From Setoptus koraiensis (Eukaryota; Animalia; Arthropoda), in the NCBI GenBank assembly GCA_048013815.1, contig CM106585.1, forward strand, positions 7,688,001 to 7,752,000: a DNA stretch of 64,000 nt, written 5' to 3'. A program made the translations under genes and the position numbers. Shown here one piece after another: positions 47,638-59,191 of the stretch. The first letter of the stretch is position 1, and each line of letters begins with the position of its first letter. The notes under the pieces were generated by a model. That model had not been told where the DNA came from. It saw only the letters and a program-made list of their open reading frames with translations, and did not search any database.

Positions 47638-50600
47638 CCAGCAGACACACTATGTCTGGCAATGATTGTCAGTCAGTCTGAGAAATATATACAGCGTATA
47701 TAAAGTCTGGCAGATTCAAGTCAGTCTAGACTAGATAAAAATGGGAGATAATAATAGAGGTATTGATGAGTGAGTTTGGTCACGGCCGTTTGCTCATCAA
47801 ACGTTCGTGCCTAGGAAATAACCCGTGCGCCCGAAATAACTGCGTGTTTGTGTCAATTTAGCAAAGCTAGTTTGTCATTCTGGCCACCGCATAACTGGTG
47901 CGCTCGAGTGGCCAGCGGGCCTCCAAAACGCTCCGGTCATAATAAGTCACAATAATGATAATAATATTAATGGTGGTGGCAGCTCTGTTTTAATTCAAGA
48001 CAGTAGTAATTAACTGAAACGAACGTCGTCGTCATGGCAATCACTGTCTGTACGCGCGTAGACTATCTCAAATCAAACACAACGCAAATCCAAGTGAAAG
48101 TCAGAGTCACAAAAATAAAAATAAAATAATAAAATAAACGTCGCCAACTCGAACAGCCAGCTAGCCCCTAGACTAGGGGCCCTAGTTCGAACGATTTCAG
48201 AGCCTCTCACAGCCCAAGTAGGCCAGTTACTAACGGTGTTGCACCGTTATTTAAACGTTAGCTGTTTTATTAGCGCTTGATTTAAATTACCTGAGCTCGG
48301 CTGGCTCGGCTCGGCCCGGCCCAGCAATTGAATAATGCACTAGCTGTGAATAGTTATTCTGTGGGCCCCATCAGATCGTTGTCGTTGGTGTTGTTGAGGT
48401 CGCTGTGCAGCGTTGTGTACAGTTGACTAGATATGAAAATTGATGCTCGCTACTGGCAAGTTGATTGCCATAAATGGCACACAGTGAGAGACAGCAACAA
48501 CAAATGAGGCGCAATAAAAAAAAATCTCTTCGTTCTTTGTTGTGTTTTATCGAGCGTGAGTATGCTTGTCTGTCATGTGAGCTTTCAGAAAGAGAGATTT
48601 TTGCGTCTGTTTGTTTGTGCTGCGACATACAGAAAGCGCATACAGCGCTATAAATATATATCAGCGTTGTCTAAACAGGGGGACATAGCGACATTCGCGA
48701 ACTGACGACTCATGTTGCCACGATGGTTGCAGAATGCAAGTTTCAACGAACGTCACTAGCGACTGACCTGAATGGCGGATGACTGACCAAACGCTCAGGT
48801 GTCCGTTATTGCAAAAGTAAACCAATCGTCCTTGCGAGAGCCTTAATGACACAGTTATCAACACCGTTGGATCTTTGTTTGCCAAAGAGCGTTCGACAAA
48901 CAAAAATTCGTTTTGCAGCCAAATAGAGCCAATGAGCAATTATTGAAATAGTCAGTAATAGTTGGCGAGCGCATAAATAAATGATTGCACAACAATTGAG
49001 ACGATATCGCTGTGCTCGTCATGGGGTATATATGCCGATAATATGGCGCGATAATCTATTGCGTTTCGCTACTCACTACTGGGTGATTTAGCACGAATCT
49101 AGCCTTTATTTGTCTATATTCAATACTTGTCCCATTTGTTTGTTGCCACGTCTAATGTTTGCTGAATTGAGCGGCAAAAAGTAGCATTGTTTTTCGTGTT
49201 TTGCAAACATTTTTTCCGAACTCATGCGGGTAAAATTATGAATGCCACCAATAGTGAAATAATGTATTGCCACAGAATAATAGCAATTATTTCGATGCAT
49301 AAAGTCGAGGCTTGTTTGCTTGTATGAGGGTGCCATCGCGATCAATTTTCGACCACTGTCATGCGAATTTTCATTGGAGTTTCAGGGCCTCACGAACAAG
49401 CAATCTACTTTATCTACAAACTGCATAGAACGCAATCTTTCGCTCTATCCTAACTTATAAACAATTGAACTATGCATGTGACGGGCCCTTGCAATGTCAC
49501 CTCCTCCGACAACTACCATTGTAGATAGCTAACACTCAAGGGGTTAATTAATTTGCATATCGGCCCCATTGACACCGCCAAATTATGTCCATCTGTCAGA
49601 CTGTCACAGTTAGCTAATGACTGCCAACTGACGAGCTGCCAAAATTGTCCAAAGAAGGCATTCATCTTTGTTGTGCGAACCATTGTTTCTGCATCTGAGA
49701 GCTGTCAGCGCCAGTCGAATTAGAATGAAAAGATAACTTCATTTTATCGCTTTATTTCTTCATCAGAGTTTGCACGAGATGGGCGTGGACAGGACTAATT
49801 TGATTGATGAACGTGATGGTATCATTATATTATTTTGTCGGCAAGGACAAACTATACTATCGACATGGTTGATTATTGCATAATGTCTGGCCCGTTTTAA
49901 GCGGTCGCACTCGAATCAATCAAGAATCTACTCGTGATAAATATAGAGTATGACACTAGATAATCTTTTTGCTGGCGCAAAAAGCAAGCAAACTAACTGG
50001 ATAAAATGGATGAACGGTATCAGGTGATCTTTTATAGTTGGACCCCCGGTTGTATTGCCTGTTGTTATCGATAGGCGACATGAGCAAAATTTGAGTTTGA
50101 TTGAATGTTGCGTCATTCATTCATATGACAGTGGGTATTTATAGATGTCACCTTCGCAAACAAACAAGAGATTTGTCGAACATCGATGCATTGCCCATGC
50201 AACTGCACTCACAAAGGAGCGAGAATTGTCGCCCAGCAATGGGAGCCCCCTTCATCCCGTCGTCGTGGGAGGACATTTTTTTGTTCAGGTCGCTCCAGCG
50301 GTCACGAGCAAACATCCGCTCGTGGGATCCGTGGCGATGCACGTGAACGAATTTCGTGCTTGGTGCTTCGTGATGCAACGGGGGAGAATGCGAATATTAA
50401 CGCAAAGACAATACACAAGAGTGGGCAGGCCAATGGGGAGAATGTTTTTCGCACAAACCATGGGAGCCGCCGAGTTGGTCGGCTACCATGGCCAACTCGC
50501 CGGTCGAGACACGAAAACAATGTGACGCCGAAAAAAACCCCAAACCAGAGCGCAACTTTCAGCTGGAGCTCGACAAAACGCTCGACGGCCGCTGAAAAAA

Positions 50601-51079
50601 GAAACGACGAAAGCAAGTGGAAAATCGACGCTAGCTAACGGAACAGCCAGCAAATTGGCTTGCCAAACTTGTTTGCATGCGCGACGAGTTAGCAAGCCGA
50701 GCTGTCTAGCAGGTCGGCCCGCTGGTACCAGCCAGACACCTAATAGACTAACAGCGAGAATAGCGAAAAACAAGCGTCAAACTGAGTTACATTGACAGGT
50801 TACATTTGTTGTTTGTAGGCGCGACGAACGCGAAAAATAGGCTTTCGCTGGTTCTATTATTCCCACTAGCAACTCACACTCGAGTAATTGCTATTGCTCG
50901 TCAGCCAACAACTTATCTAGCTAAACTACTACAGCGCCACCTATCTTCCGGTGCAAAGCGACCAAGTGTTATGGAGAGAATCATCAGAGCGACAAGGGAG
51001 AATTTTCGCATGGATAGATGGACTTTTATTTGTTAGCAAGTAAATAAAACACCAACAACAACCGAATTAGCATAGATAT

Positions 51080-51566
51080 TAGAGCTGTATTCGGGTACCC
51101 GAAACGGGTATTTTACCCGGATGAGGAATCTGAGCAACAACCGAACCCGACCCGTTTACGGGTACCCGTTTTAAGACCCGTTTAGACCCGTTTGAACCCG
51201 GTTCCAAAACGGGTCTTCAAATATCCGTTTGAAACGGGTTTTTAACGGGTATTTGAAAATACCCGTTTTCAAAAAGTATGTTTGTTAGTCAAGTCAAAAC
51301 AGCTCTAACAGCCCCAGGATAACAAAAATAAAACAAAAACAAAAAAACAAAAAACCACAAAAAAACATGAAAACCCCCTGAAAAAACTTTGAAGAGCCCT
51401 GAAACCCTCTAGAATACCCGAAACCCGTTTTAGATCCGAAACCCGGTGAATACCCGTTGAGTTTTCGGGTCCGATCAGAAAATCAGAACCAAACCCGACC
51501 CGTAACCGGTTCTTCCAAATGCCCGTATACGGGTACCCGTAAACGGGTCGGGTATCTACAGCTCCA
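51080..51566. mobile_element. hAT-type MITE, 487 bp
   Basis: TIRs TAGAGCTGTA and (reverse complement) TGGAGCTGTA; 8-bp TSD atagatat/gtagatat (7/8); about 26 subterminal ACCCG/CGGGT motifs; perfect 25-bp inverted repeat 51145-51169 vs 51529-51553; no coding capacity. Confidence 0.88.
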
Positions 51567-51713
51567 GTAGATATTGTGAGCGTCGTCGCCGTGCTAAAAC
51601 AGATAGGCAACTTGCTGTTTGTTGCTAGTCACTATCACTCGACAACCATCAGTTATGTTGATCTAGTGCTGCCAATAAAAGTTAAATGAGCTCTGTTTGG
51701 ACTATGTGCTTTC

Positions 51714-52422
51714 TAGAGATGATAATGGATTGGCCCCAAACGGATAACCGTTGGTTCATCTGTGGAAAAACCGTCTACAGCCGGTTATGGATTTGTGTTT
51801 AAATCTCACCGGGTTCAACGGTTTATCCGTACAGATTCCGTTTCCGATTTTCAAGCGACTATCCGTTTGCAAACGGCTCTTGAACGGATCACAACAGCGA
51901 CCCTCATATTTGTTCCAGTGAAGAATCTGCATTAACTACAAACATTGTTGCTATGCATGCTCTTGTGTTTAATCTGATGAAATATCTCTTTGAAAACTTA
52001 TCAATGGTTGGAAAACGGTTGGATAAGAGACTTGATTGTGCTTATGAGATCACGAGATCAAAAGTTTGCAACATTGATTATGAAAAACTCTACTAAGACT
52101 TTTCTACGATGAAAGTCAGATCAATGGCTTCCAACATACGGATGAAAGTCACTAGATTCAGCAACTTCAGTCAGTTCGATGTGTCTCAAATAATTAATCT
52201 GTTCAGTTGAGCAACATGAAACATTCGAGACAATTTTAAAAACGAGAGCTTTCGGAAACGAAAACTCTACATAGTTCGTTCATGAAATATAGCCGACCAT
52301 TGATAAGTTTTAGAAGAGATATTTCACCGTCGTGCATTCACTTCCGATTATCCATAAGATAAATGTTCTCGATCAAATGAACGGATTAGGTAAGCGTCTA
52401 CGGTTGCCCATTGTCATCTCTG
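51714..52422. mobile_element. Second hAT (Ac/Ds-like) non-autonomous element, ~709 bp
   Basis: TIRs TAGAGATGATAATGG and (reverse complement) CAGAGATGACAATGG (13/15), resembling the Ac ends (T/C)AGGGATG; AAACGG/CCGTT-type subterminal motifs; decayed 8-bp TSD gtgctttc/atgccctc (5/8, transitions only). Confidence 0.78.
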
Positions 52423-55400
52423 ATGCCCTCTCTCCCTTTGGCTGTTGCTTTGTAACATAACCAGTGACAATTAGATGACTATGTCTATCGATCAACAGAA
52501 GCTATAAGTAAGAAGTTTAGCCGTCAATTTGAGGCAAAAATATCAACAGTTGTTCGGTGCAACGCTCATGGCGACCATGAAGTTTTTCAGCACCTAGTAT
52601 CACATTCGTTGTGTCGAAGAACTAAGTTGATACCTCAATTTCAATTTCAGACATTTCTCGTCGTTTTAGCATTCGATAATCATAGGCAGCTAACACGAAG
52701 CCGGAGATGATCGGTCAATTTTCCCGATCTCTCGGAGGAATAAAAAAGCATTCGCTTTCGAGCTAATCTTGGTCGGATAAACCTTTCGAGGCGCAGTTGT
52801 TGCCACGAAAATCGCGGAAATAAATTGATTCAATCAATGATGTTCATCAACACATATCAAGGCTCAGTTTTCTACATAGAACAGACGAAAAAAAAAATGT
52901 TCTTCCAGTGCGATCATACCGACAGGCTAAGTTTTGTCGGGACGAGCCTATAGCCGCACCGGTCTCGTATCGATCAAATCGAGCATAGTATTGGAATGGG
53001 GAAAATGTGTAATCGCATTGTGATTTTTTTGCAGTTGAGCGCATCACAATCGAAAAGCAAAACATATTTTTCCGAAAGCAATCTGCAACTCTGCAATCCG
53101 AGTACAACTATCACTGGGCAAAAAATCAGGTCAGCAACATTTTTTTTTCGTTCAATAGATTAAAATTTTTGACCGACATAATGTAGCCCGAACTGTGTGC
53201 ATATGTCTCGCGCATTGGCCTGGCTCAATGCATCGCATCCCGTGACAGCCGTTGACAGCTGAGCCTGGTTTCATATCATTTCACTTAGGTAAGCACATTG
53301 TTTCAATCACAATGTATCGAAAGAAAAAAATCGCTGCCAATCGGCAGGGGAACTGCACAGATTTCTGACTGGTCGATATGGACATAGCAGCAGCAGCAGC
53401 GATGCTGAGCCGCCAATGTTGAGCGAGCAATGTCCGAATCATCGATTCGAATTGAATGCAGTGAGCGAGCGCGTTCTTATCTGCTCGACGGCCAGACAAT
53501 GAGATAAACACATGGGAGAGGCACTCGAGAGTTGCTCTGGAAATGGCGATTTGCGACAGATAGATTAAAAGATATGGCCCCGATTAGATTCAATGAGTTG
53601 CACTCTTTGGGTAGCCGGTGGCCATTCCATTGGATCATCGCACCCATTTGGCGTGGGCGAACGAATTGTGGGGCCCATTTACATTCAGTTCAGTTTTGTC
53701 GAGGGCCTATCAAAATGTGTGCGCCGATCGAAGCGATTGCATTTTGTATGAGTGCCCATTTAGTGCAGTGCAACTAGACTGTGTGCACTGCGCAGTCTGG
53801 AGCTGGCCTCGGGTCTGGGGTCCGGAGTCTGAAGTCTGGCGAGTAAGTTAAGGGCGCACAACATTGGCATGATCATTAATGATCGAGCCGTGATGGGGCC
53901 TCAATTTATTAGAATGGCTCACTTTTGGGCCCCCAACTAAGAGGCAGAAAAAGACATCTGGTAGTTAGAAGAGGGGCCCACTAAGACGACAAGGCGATGA
54001 GATAGCATCGTGGTGCCATATATAAATATATGACGTAACATATCTAGCACAATGTATACATAGCATGTTGAGAGGACGAGAGCGAAATCGCCCGCAGCAT
54101 TTCACAACTTCACTACGTCTGTTGGCTGTCTATCTATTGGCGGCATTTGTCGATTTTATCGTATTTGTCGTGGTGGTGGTCGTCATTGTTGGGGCCCCAA
54201 TATTCACATATTGGCAAAGAGAGGGAGAGCAAACTTTAGTTTATCTCGGCCTAGCCGAGTTGCGCGCTAACAAGACCGCGAAAGGCGGCGCCAATATTAT
54301 TATTATCCATTATTTGAAATAGTGCGCACATTGTAGACACAGTGGCGGCGCCAGTAATGATATACTCCAACTTGCAACCATAGATAGATATTCTGCTGCC
54401 TATCTAAATCTGGCTCGACTGGATCAATGGGCCTCGCTGGCGACAAACACACACAAACCGCACGGTCAAACAATATTGCACTTGCCTGGCCAGCGTACTT
54501 AATAGCTGTCAGTGGCGCTGCCGGTCAGACACAATATAACTTATTGGCCAGACAGAAATAGTAAGCTACTATTGTTAACTGTTTGCATGTTGTGGTGATG
54601 CTGTTGTTGTTGCCATTTAATGTTCACTTTGCCACCGCCAACGCACTGCAACTGGCCACTGTCCACTGGACAGTGTCCGGCCTCTGTCAAGGCCAAAAAC
54701 TGGCCCATTTATCTCTGTATCAGAATCAGCTGAGCATGTATCATCATTATGAGGCAACTAATACATAAACAATGACATGTGTGAACAAGTGAAAAATATC
54801 TAACAAGCCAGCGAGCCAGAGAGCCAGCGAACGGCACCCATCGAAACAGGCACGCGCTGCAACGAACGGGCCAGAAATATGAGGCCGCAGAGGATTGTGT
54901 TGTCTATTGGCATACGGAATGGAAACCACGTTTATCTCTTGCGGATTTATTAATACAAACAGAGCTGGCCCAGATCGGGTGACTGCACTGGCGCTGGCAA
55001 TGTTTTAACAAATGTCGCTGCTTGTTAACAATTGTACAACTGTCGTCGTGGTTTTCATCGTCCGACAACAATTGTCTCAATTTTCCGTCCGCTTGCCACA
55101 ACAATTGGCGCAACTTTCACTGGGCGACAATGTGGCGACAATGTGACCAACGATAACTGCATTTGCAATGGCCCCTGCATTGACGTTAGCCCACAATACA
55201 TCGCCCCTCCCTTGGCCCCAAAATAAATAAAATAAAATCTATCAGGCAGTTGCATCAATTAGGCGCCTGTCGTGTCGTTCGTCGTATCTAATCCGATCTT
55301 TATCGACATGCCTCTCGTGCGCCACACCAGCACACATAGTGGTAAATCTATCCATCGTGTATTTATCTTTGTTACATCAACATCAACGTCAACTACACAG

Positions 55401-56418
55401 CGCAACACTGCACGAGTTGATTTAGAAATCATTATCGATCAAGTGTGTGTGTGTCATGTCTTATCGGATGACATCAACTTATCACATAATGTATGGGCTC
55501 CGATTGATCGATTTGAGTCGACACAAGAGGCCTGGCACAATTATTCCTGACTGACATTCTCTAGTGATGGCGCCTTTTCCCCATTGCGCGCCTCTTGAAA
55601 AGCATCCTGTCAAACCGTTTGCGCAATTCAATTTGTCGCCGCTTGTAGCTTGCCGAAATGCCATCGGTCGGCATGGCCAGTAGACTAATTCTCTCCACTA
55701 GTAGTATGTGGGGTCAGTGGCAGCAGTAGCGATAGTAATGCGCCGCTGCTGTAAGAACTGCAGCGAATCCGCGGCCCGCTCAGATTTCTGAACTTTGTAA
55801 ACTTTAGCAACACTGCAAATTTTTCAAGATTTGTTTGAATGCCATCGCTGCAACACGCTATCTTTCATCTATTTTAACGAGCGAATCTAACGAGCTTTGC
55901 CCGGCCAGACACGATACAGAAACAACTCGTATGTGTGTGTGTAAGTGCCATCACACTCAAACAGATGAAGAACAAATGTAGCTGGCCAAAAGGAGAAAAA
56001 CTAGAAAATAAAATAAAATGAAAGACACAAGCATCGCTTCGAGACCGGCAACCGTTGGCCGTTTGCTCAGTTTTTCAGCAGCCTTGCAATGATGCAATTT
56101 GTAATATAGACCAAAGTGGCCCAACCTCTGCCGGCCGAAATAGATGTGCTGGTCAGCGTGGTCGGCCGGCTACGTCGAGAAGGCTTCGGCCAACTGCGAG
56201 CCGAGTTTCTGACAATTTTCACGTTTGTCGCTCGCTCACACACACACACACACACACACACTCAAACGCGAACAATAAAGCGCGCAAACTTGCACCTAAT
56301 GATGGGACAGACACAGCGAGGGCCCCTGGAAAATGAACCCAGCAGCGCCCACTTTCACATATCGCACATATGACGCAATATATATATTGCCATACTTTCA
56401 TATATCTGCTGATGGGCA

Positions 56419-56466
56419 GCAGATATATGAAGCAGATATATGGAGCAGATATATGAAGCAGATAGA
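56419..56466. repeat. 13-bp tandem repeat (GCAGATATATGAA-like), ~3.5 copies
   Basis: Direct observation. Confidence 0.8.
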
Positions 56467-57141
56467 TATGAGTAGGCGGGCGGGGATATGCTGAAGAGAA
56501 AGAAACCGGGCCGGTTTGGCGAGTCGCGAACGCCGCTATCGCCCAGCATGAAATATTCTCTAGGTGGGCACTTCACTGCGCAGTCCGCAGACGAATGTTG
56601 TATGCTCGCTTAGCTGGCACTGGTGCGATATGCAATGTGTGCCACAACGACCATCATCATTATTATTATGATTATCATTTTGAGTTGGCTAGATAACAAC
56701 GACGAATCGCAAACAATGTCTGTCAGCAGCGCCGCTCTAATGATGCGTTGAGCGTCGCAGTAAATTTACACTCGCGACGTTTGTCAGCCACGAACAGGGG
56801 GGACACACACACACACTGAGCAAAATATTCATGAGCAACATGGAGAGGCAAGTTTAAAAATGGGGCCTCAACTTGAGGCCCTCAAGGTAAAATTGGGCGC
56901 ATATTTGTGCGAAGAAGAAATTGTGCCCAATGTGAAATTGTGTTCAACGTGTACGTGTGCACGAATTGCGAATGTCGGATGCTCGTTAGGCTGGCACGAG
57001 TTGGTTATTGTTTGTTGCATTGAGTGGGTAGACATTTTAACTGGTTTGCTTTTTCTGCTTACCCTGATACTGCCACTAGTCTATTGTGTTGGCTGATAGA
57101 GAGAAAAACGGAGACACTTTGATGAGTAAAGGGCTAGGGTG

Positions 57142-57222
57142 AATTCGGGCCAAATTCGGGCCAGATTCGAGCCAGATTCGGGCCAGATTCGGGCCAGATG
57201 ATTCGGGCCAGATGATTCGGGG
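57142..57222. repeat. 11-14 bp tandem repeat (ATTCGGGCCAG-like), ~7 copies
   Basis: gaattcgggccaaattcgggccagattcgagccagattcgggccagattcgggccagatgattcgggccagatgattcggg seen directly. Confidence 0.85.
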
Positions 57223-58671
57223 ATGACGAAAAAAAAACGGATAAGACGGAAGGGGGATTTTTCGGACAGACAGGCAGCAAGAGGAATTGTTTTTATGTAT
57301 GTGTGTGTGTGTGCATGTGTGTGTGTGTGTGTGTGCGTGTGTGTGTGTGCCAGAGTGTGCGTGTGTGTTGTGCGTCTTGCGGTGCCACCATTGATAGAGA
57401 AATCTATATATATTCTACAAACTAAATCGTTACCAACAAACATATTATGCGCTATCATTACCGGGTACATCATTATGCCCGCTTGAGATGGTGGTCGCAT
57501 CACGCGTGAGCTGCAATTTGTCAAGCTTGTCTGCTGTGCCATCGGGTATGAACGCGCCGACAGTGTCAGTGTGGGGCCAGCGTCAGTGTGGGGCCAGTGT
57601 CAGTGTGGGGCCGGTGGCGCCGGCGGACAATGCCAGCAAAAAAGTGACCACCACGCTCGAGCAGCTCCAAGTGATTAATAAATGTGCCACATGTGTGTCA
57701 GGTGATCTGGTCTGGCGCTCTGTCTACATGCTTTATCACGTCATCAGACAACAATCTCAGCAACTTGCAAATGCAACGCCAACACTTTTAGCGGCAATTT
57801 ATTACCGGCTGGCCGAGAGCGCCATTAAAATGTTACATTACCATGCACATTTGTCGTTGTTGTTGTTTGATCTGACAACAATTCACTTCATCTTATACAC
57901 TTTTGACACAAGTTGGCTAAAACGACCAAGTTTGTCGTTTTTGCATTACCTGTCACTCAATAGGTGCCATTGGCTACCGTTTCGCCACGGCTCATGCTTT
58001 CGGAGCACACGATGACCACTAGCGGACATGTCAACAACTGCAGCAATAGATGGCACTATTATGCTCTTGCATTTTCGTCTGTCTATCGATAGCTGAATCG
58101 ACATTGGCATGCTTGCGGCGAGCAGTAACAGGGGAAAAAAATCAAAATAATTTTTTTCATGCTTCAAGATTAGGGACGAAAAAAAAAACGGTGCTTGAAA
58201 TTACTCAAAGTCGGCTTTGTGGGACGTCAGATTTTTCACTTTCTCGAATCCAGTTGCAATCAGTTACTCCGATCACTTTATATCACTTTTCAGTTTTTCG
58301 GAAGCGCACAATTTCGAAATCGATGGAACCACCTTCCTCATGGACATCTACTCTCTGGACGCAAACTTTATATGGGACGATTAATGGACAACTGGCTATT
58401 TTTCAACAGAAATGGTAGAAATTTTGTGTTTTCGCTAGAAACAAACAAGACGGGTTCAGTCTAAATACAAACTTTCACAGTTATTGCTGTACCGGAAAAT
58501 TTTCGGCTCGGTGCCACTTTCTTTGTCGTCCCTATTGATGCTTCAACACGCTCGGCCCAAAAAATGCTTCTCGTCTCGAAATCGCCTCTTTCAGCGAGAA
58601 CTACTCACTGGAAATATCTGTGATATTCGATTAGACCTAGAGAGTGGATTTCGCAGAAGTCCACCACTCAC

Positions 58672-59191
58672 GGCAGCACAGTGCCTGCAGACAGAAGCCT
58701 TACGCGGCAATTTCCGCTGCGCATTGGGCACCGTTTTTCGGCTCCAAAGAATCTATCTATGTCGGCTGGCCCTGAACGAAAAATAACTTCACTTTTACAC
58801 ATGATGGGCGCGCACGTACAGCAGCGTACGTGCAGCTGTTTCATTGCCCGGAAGCGAACGAAAAGCGAACCGAAACTCGTTTGTTAGCCAACTTTAAAAT
58901 GCCAAATCTTGGTCAATTCTCGGAATTGTCAGGCTGGCGTTTTGGGTCATTTTTCGGCGATTTCGCATTCTTAGAAGAGAGATTTTCAGAGGACGATTTT
59001 AGTGGCCGCACAGGGGTGCGGTTTGTCATTAGCCTGATTGGTGGGTCACCCGAATCTCTTCGAAACAGCGCCACCGGCTGTCTGGCCAGGCGTGACACCA
59101 AGCCCGGACCGTGCCTTACATCATGTAAGTTACATGAGAGTGTATCATCAGATAACACTAATTTCGGCTTTAGTGCGATGGGTACGGCCAT
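58672..59191 (-). CDS. Candidate 5' coding exons of a PDE1 isoform (59191-59134 and 58771-58672)
   Basis: ATG exon MAVPIALKPKLVLSDDTLS with a phase-1 donor (T|gtaact), a strong acceptor ttatttttcgttcag, and a 100-bp exon ending CC|gtgagt (phase 2) that matches the phase-2 acceptor at 47321. This gives ...SWPADIDRFFGAEKRCPMRSGNCRVRLLSAGTVLP-RALDEEED with no stops. No homology check was possible. Confidence 0.45.

Noticed and set aside
57488-58418. Plus-strand ORFs of 122-175 aa
   Set aside because: No recognisable domain, intron-like composition with simple repeats, and they lie within the predicted PDE1 intron.
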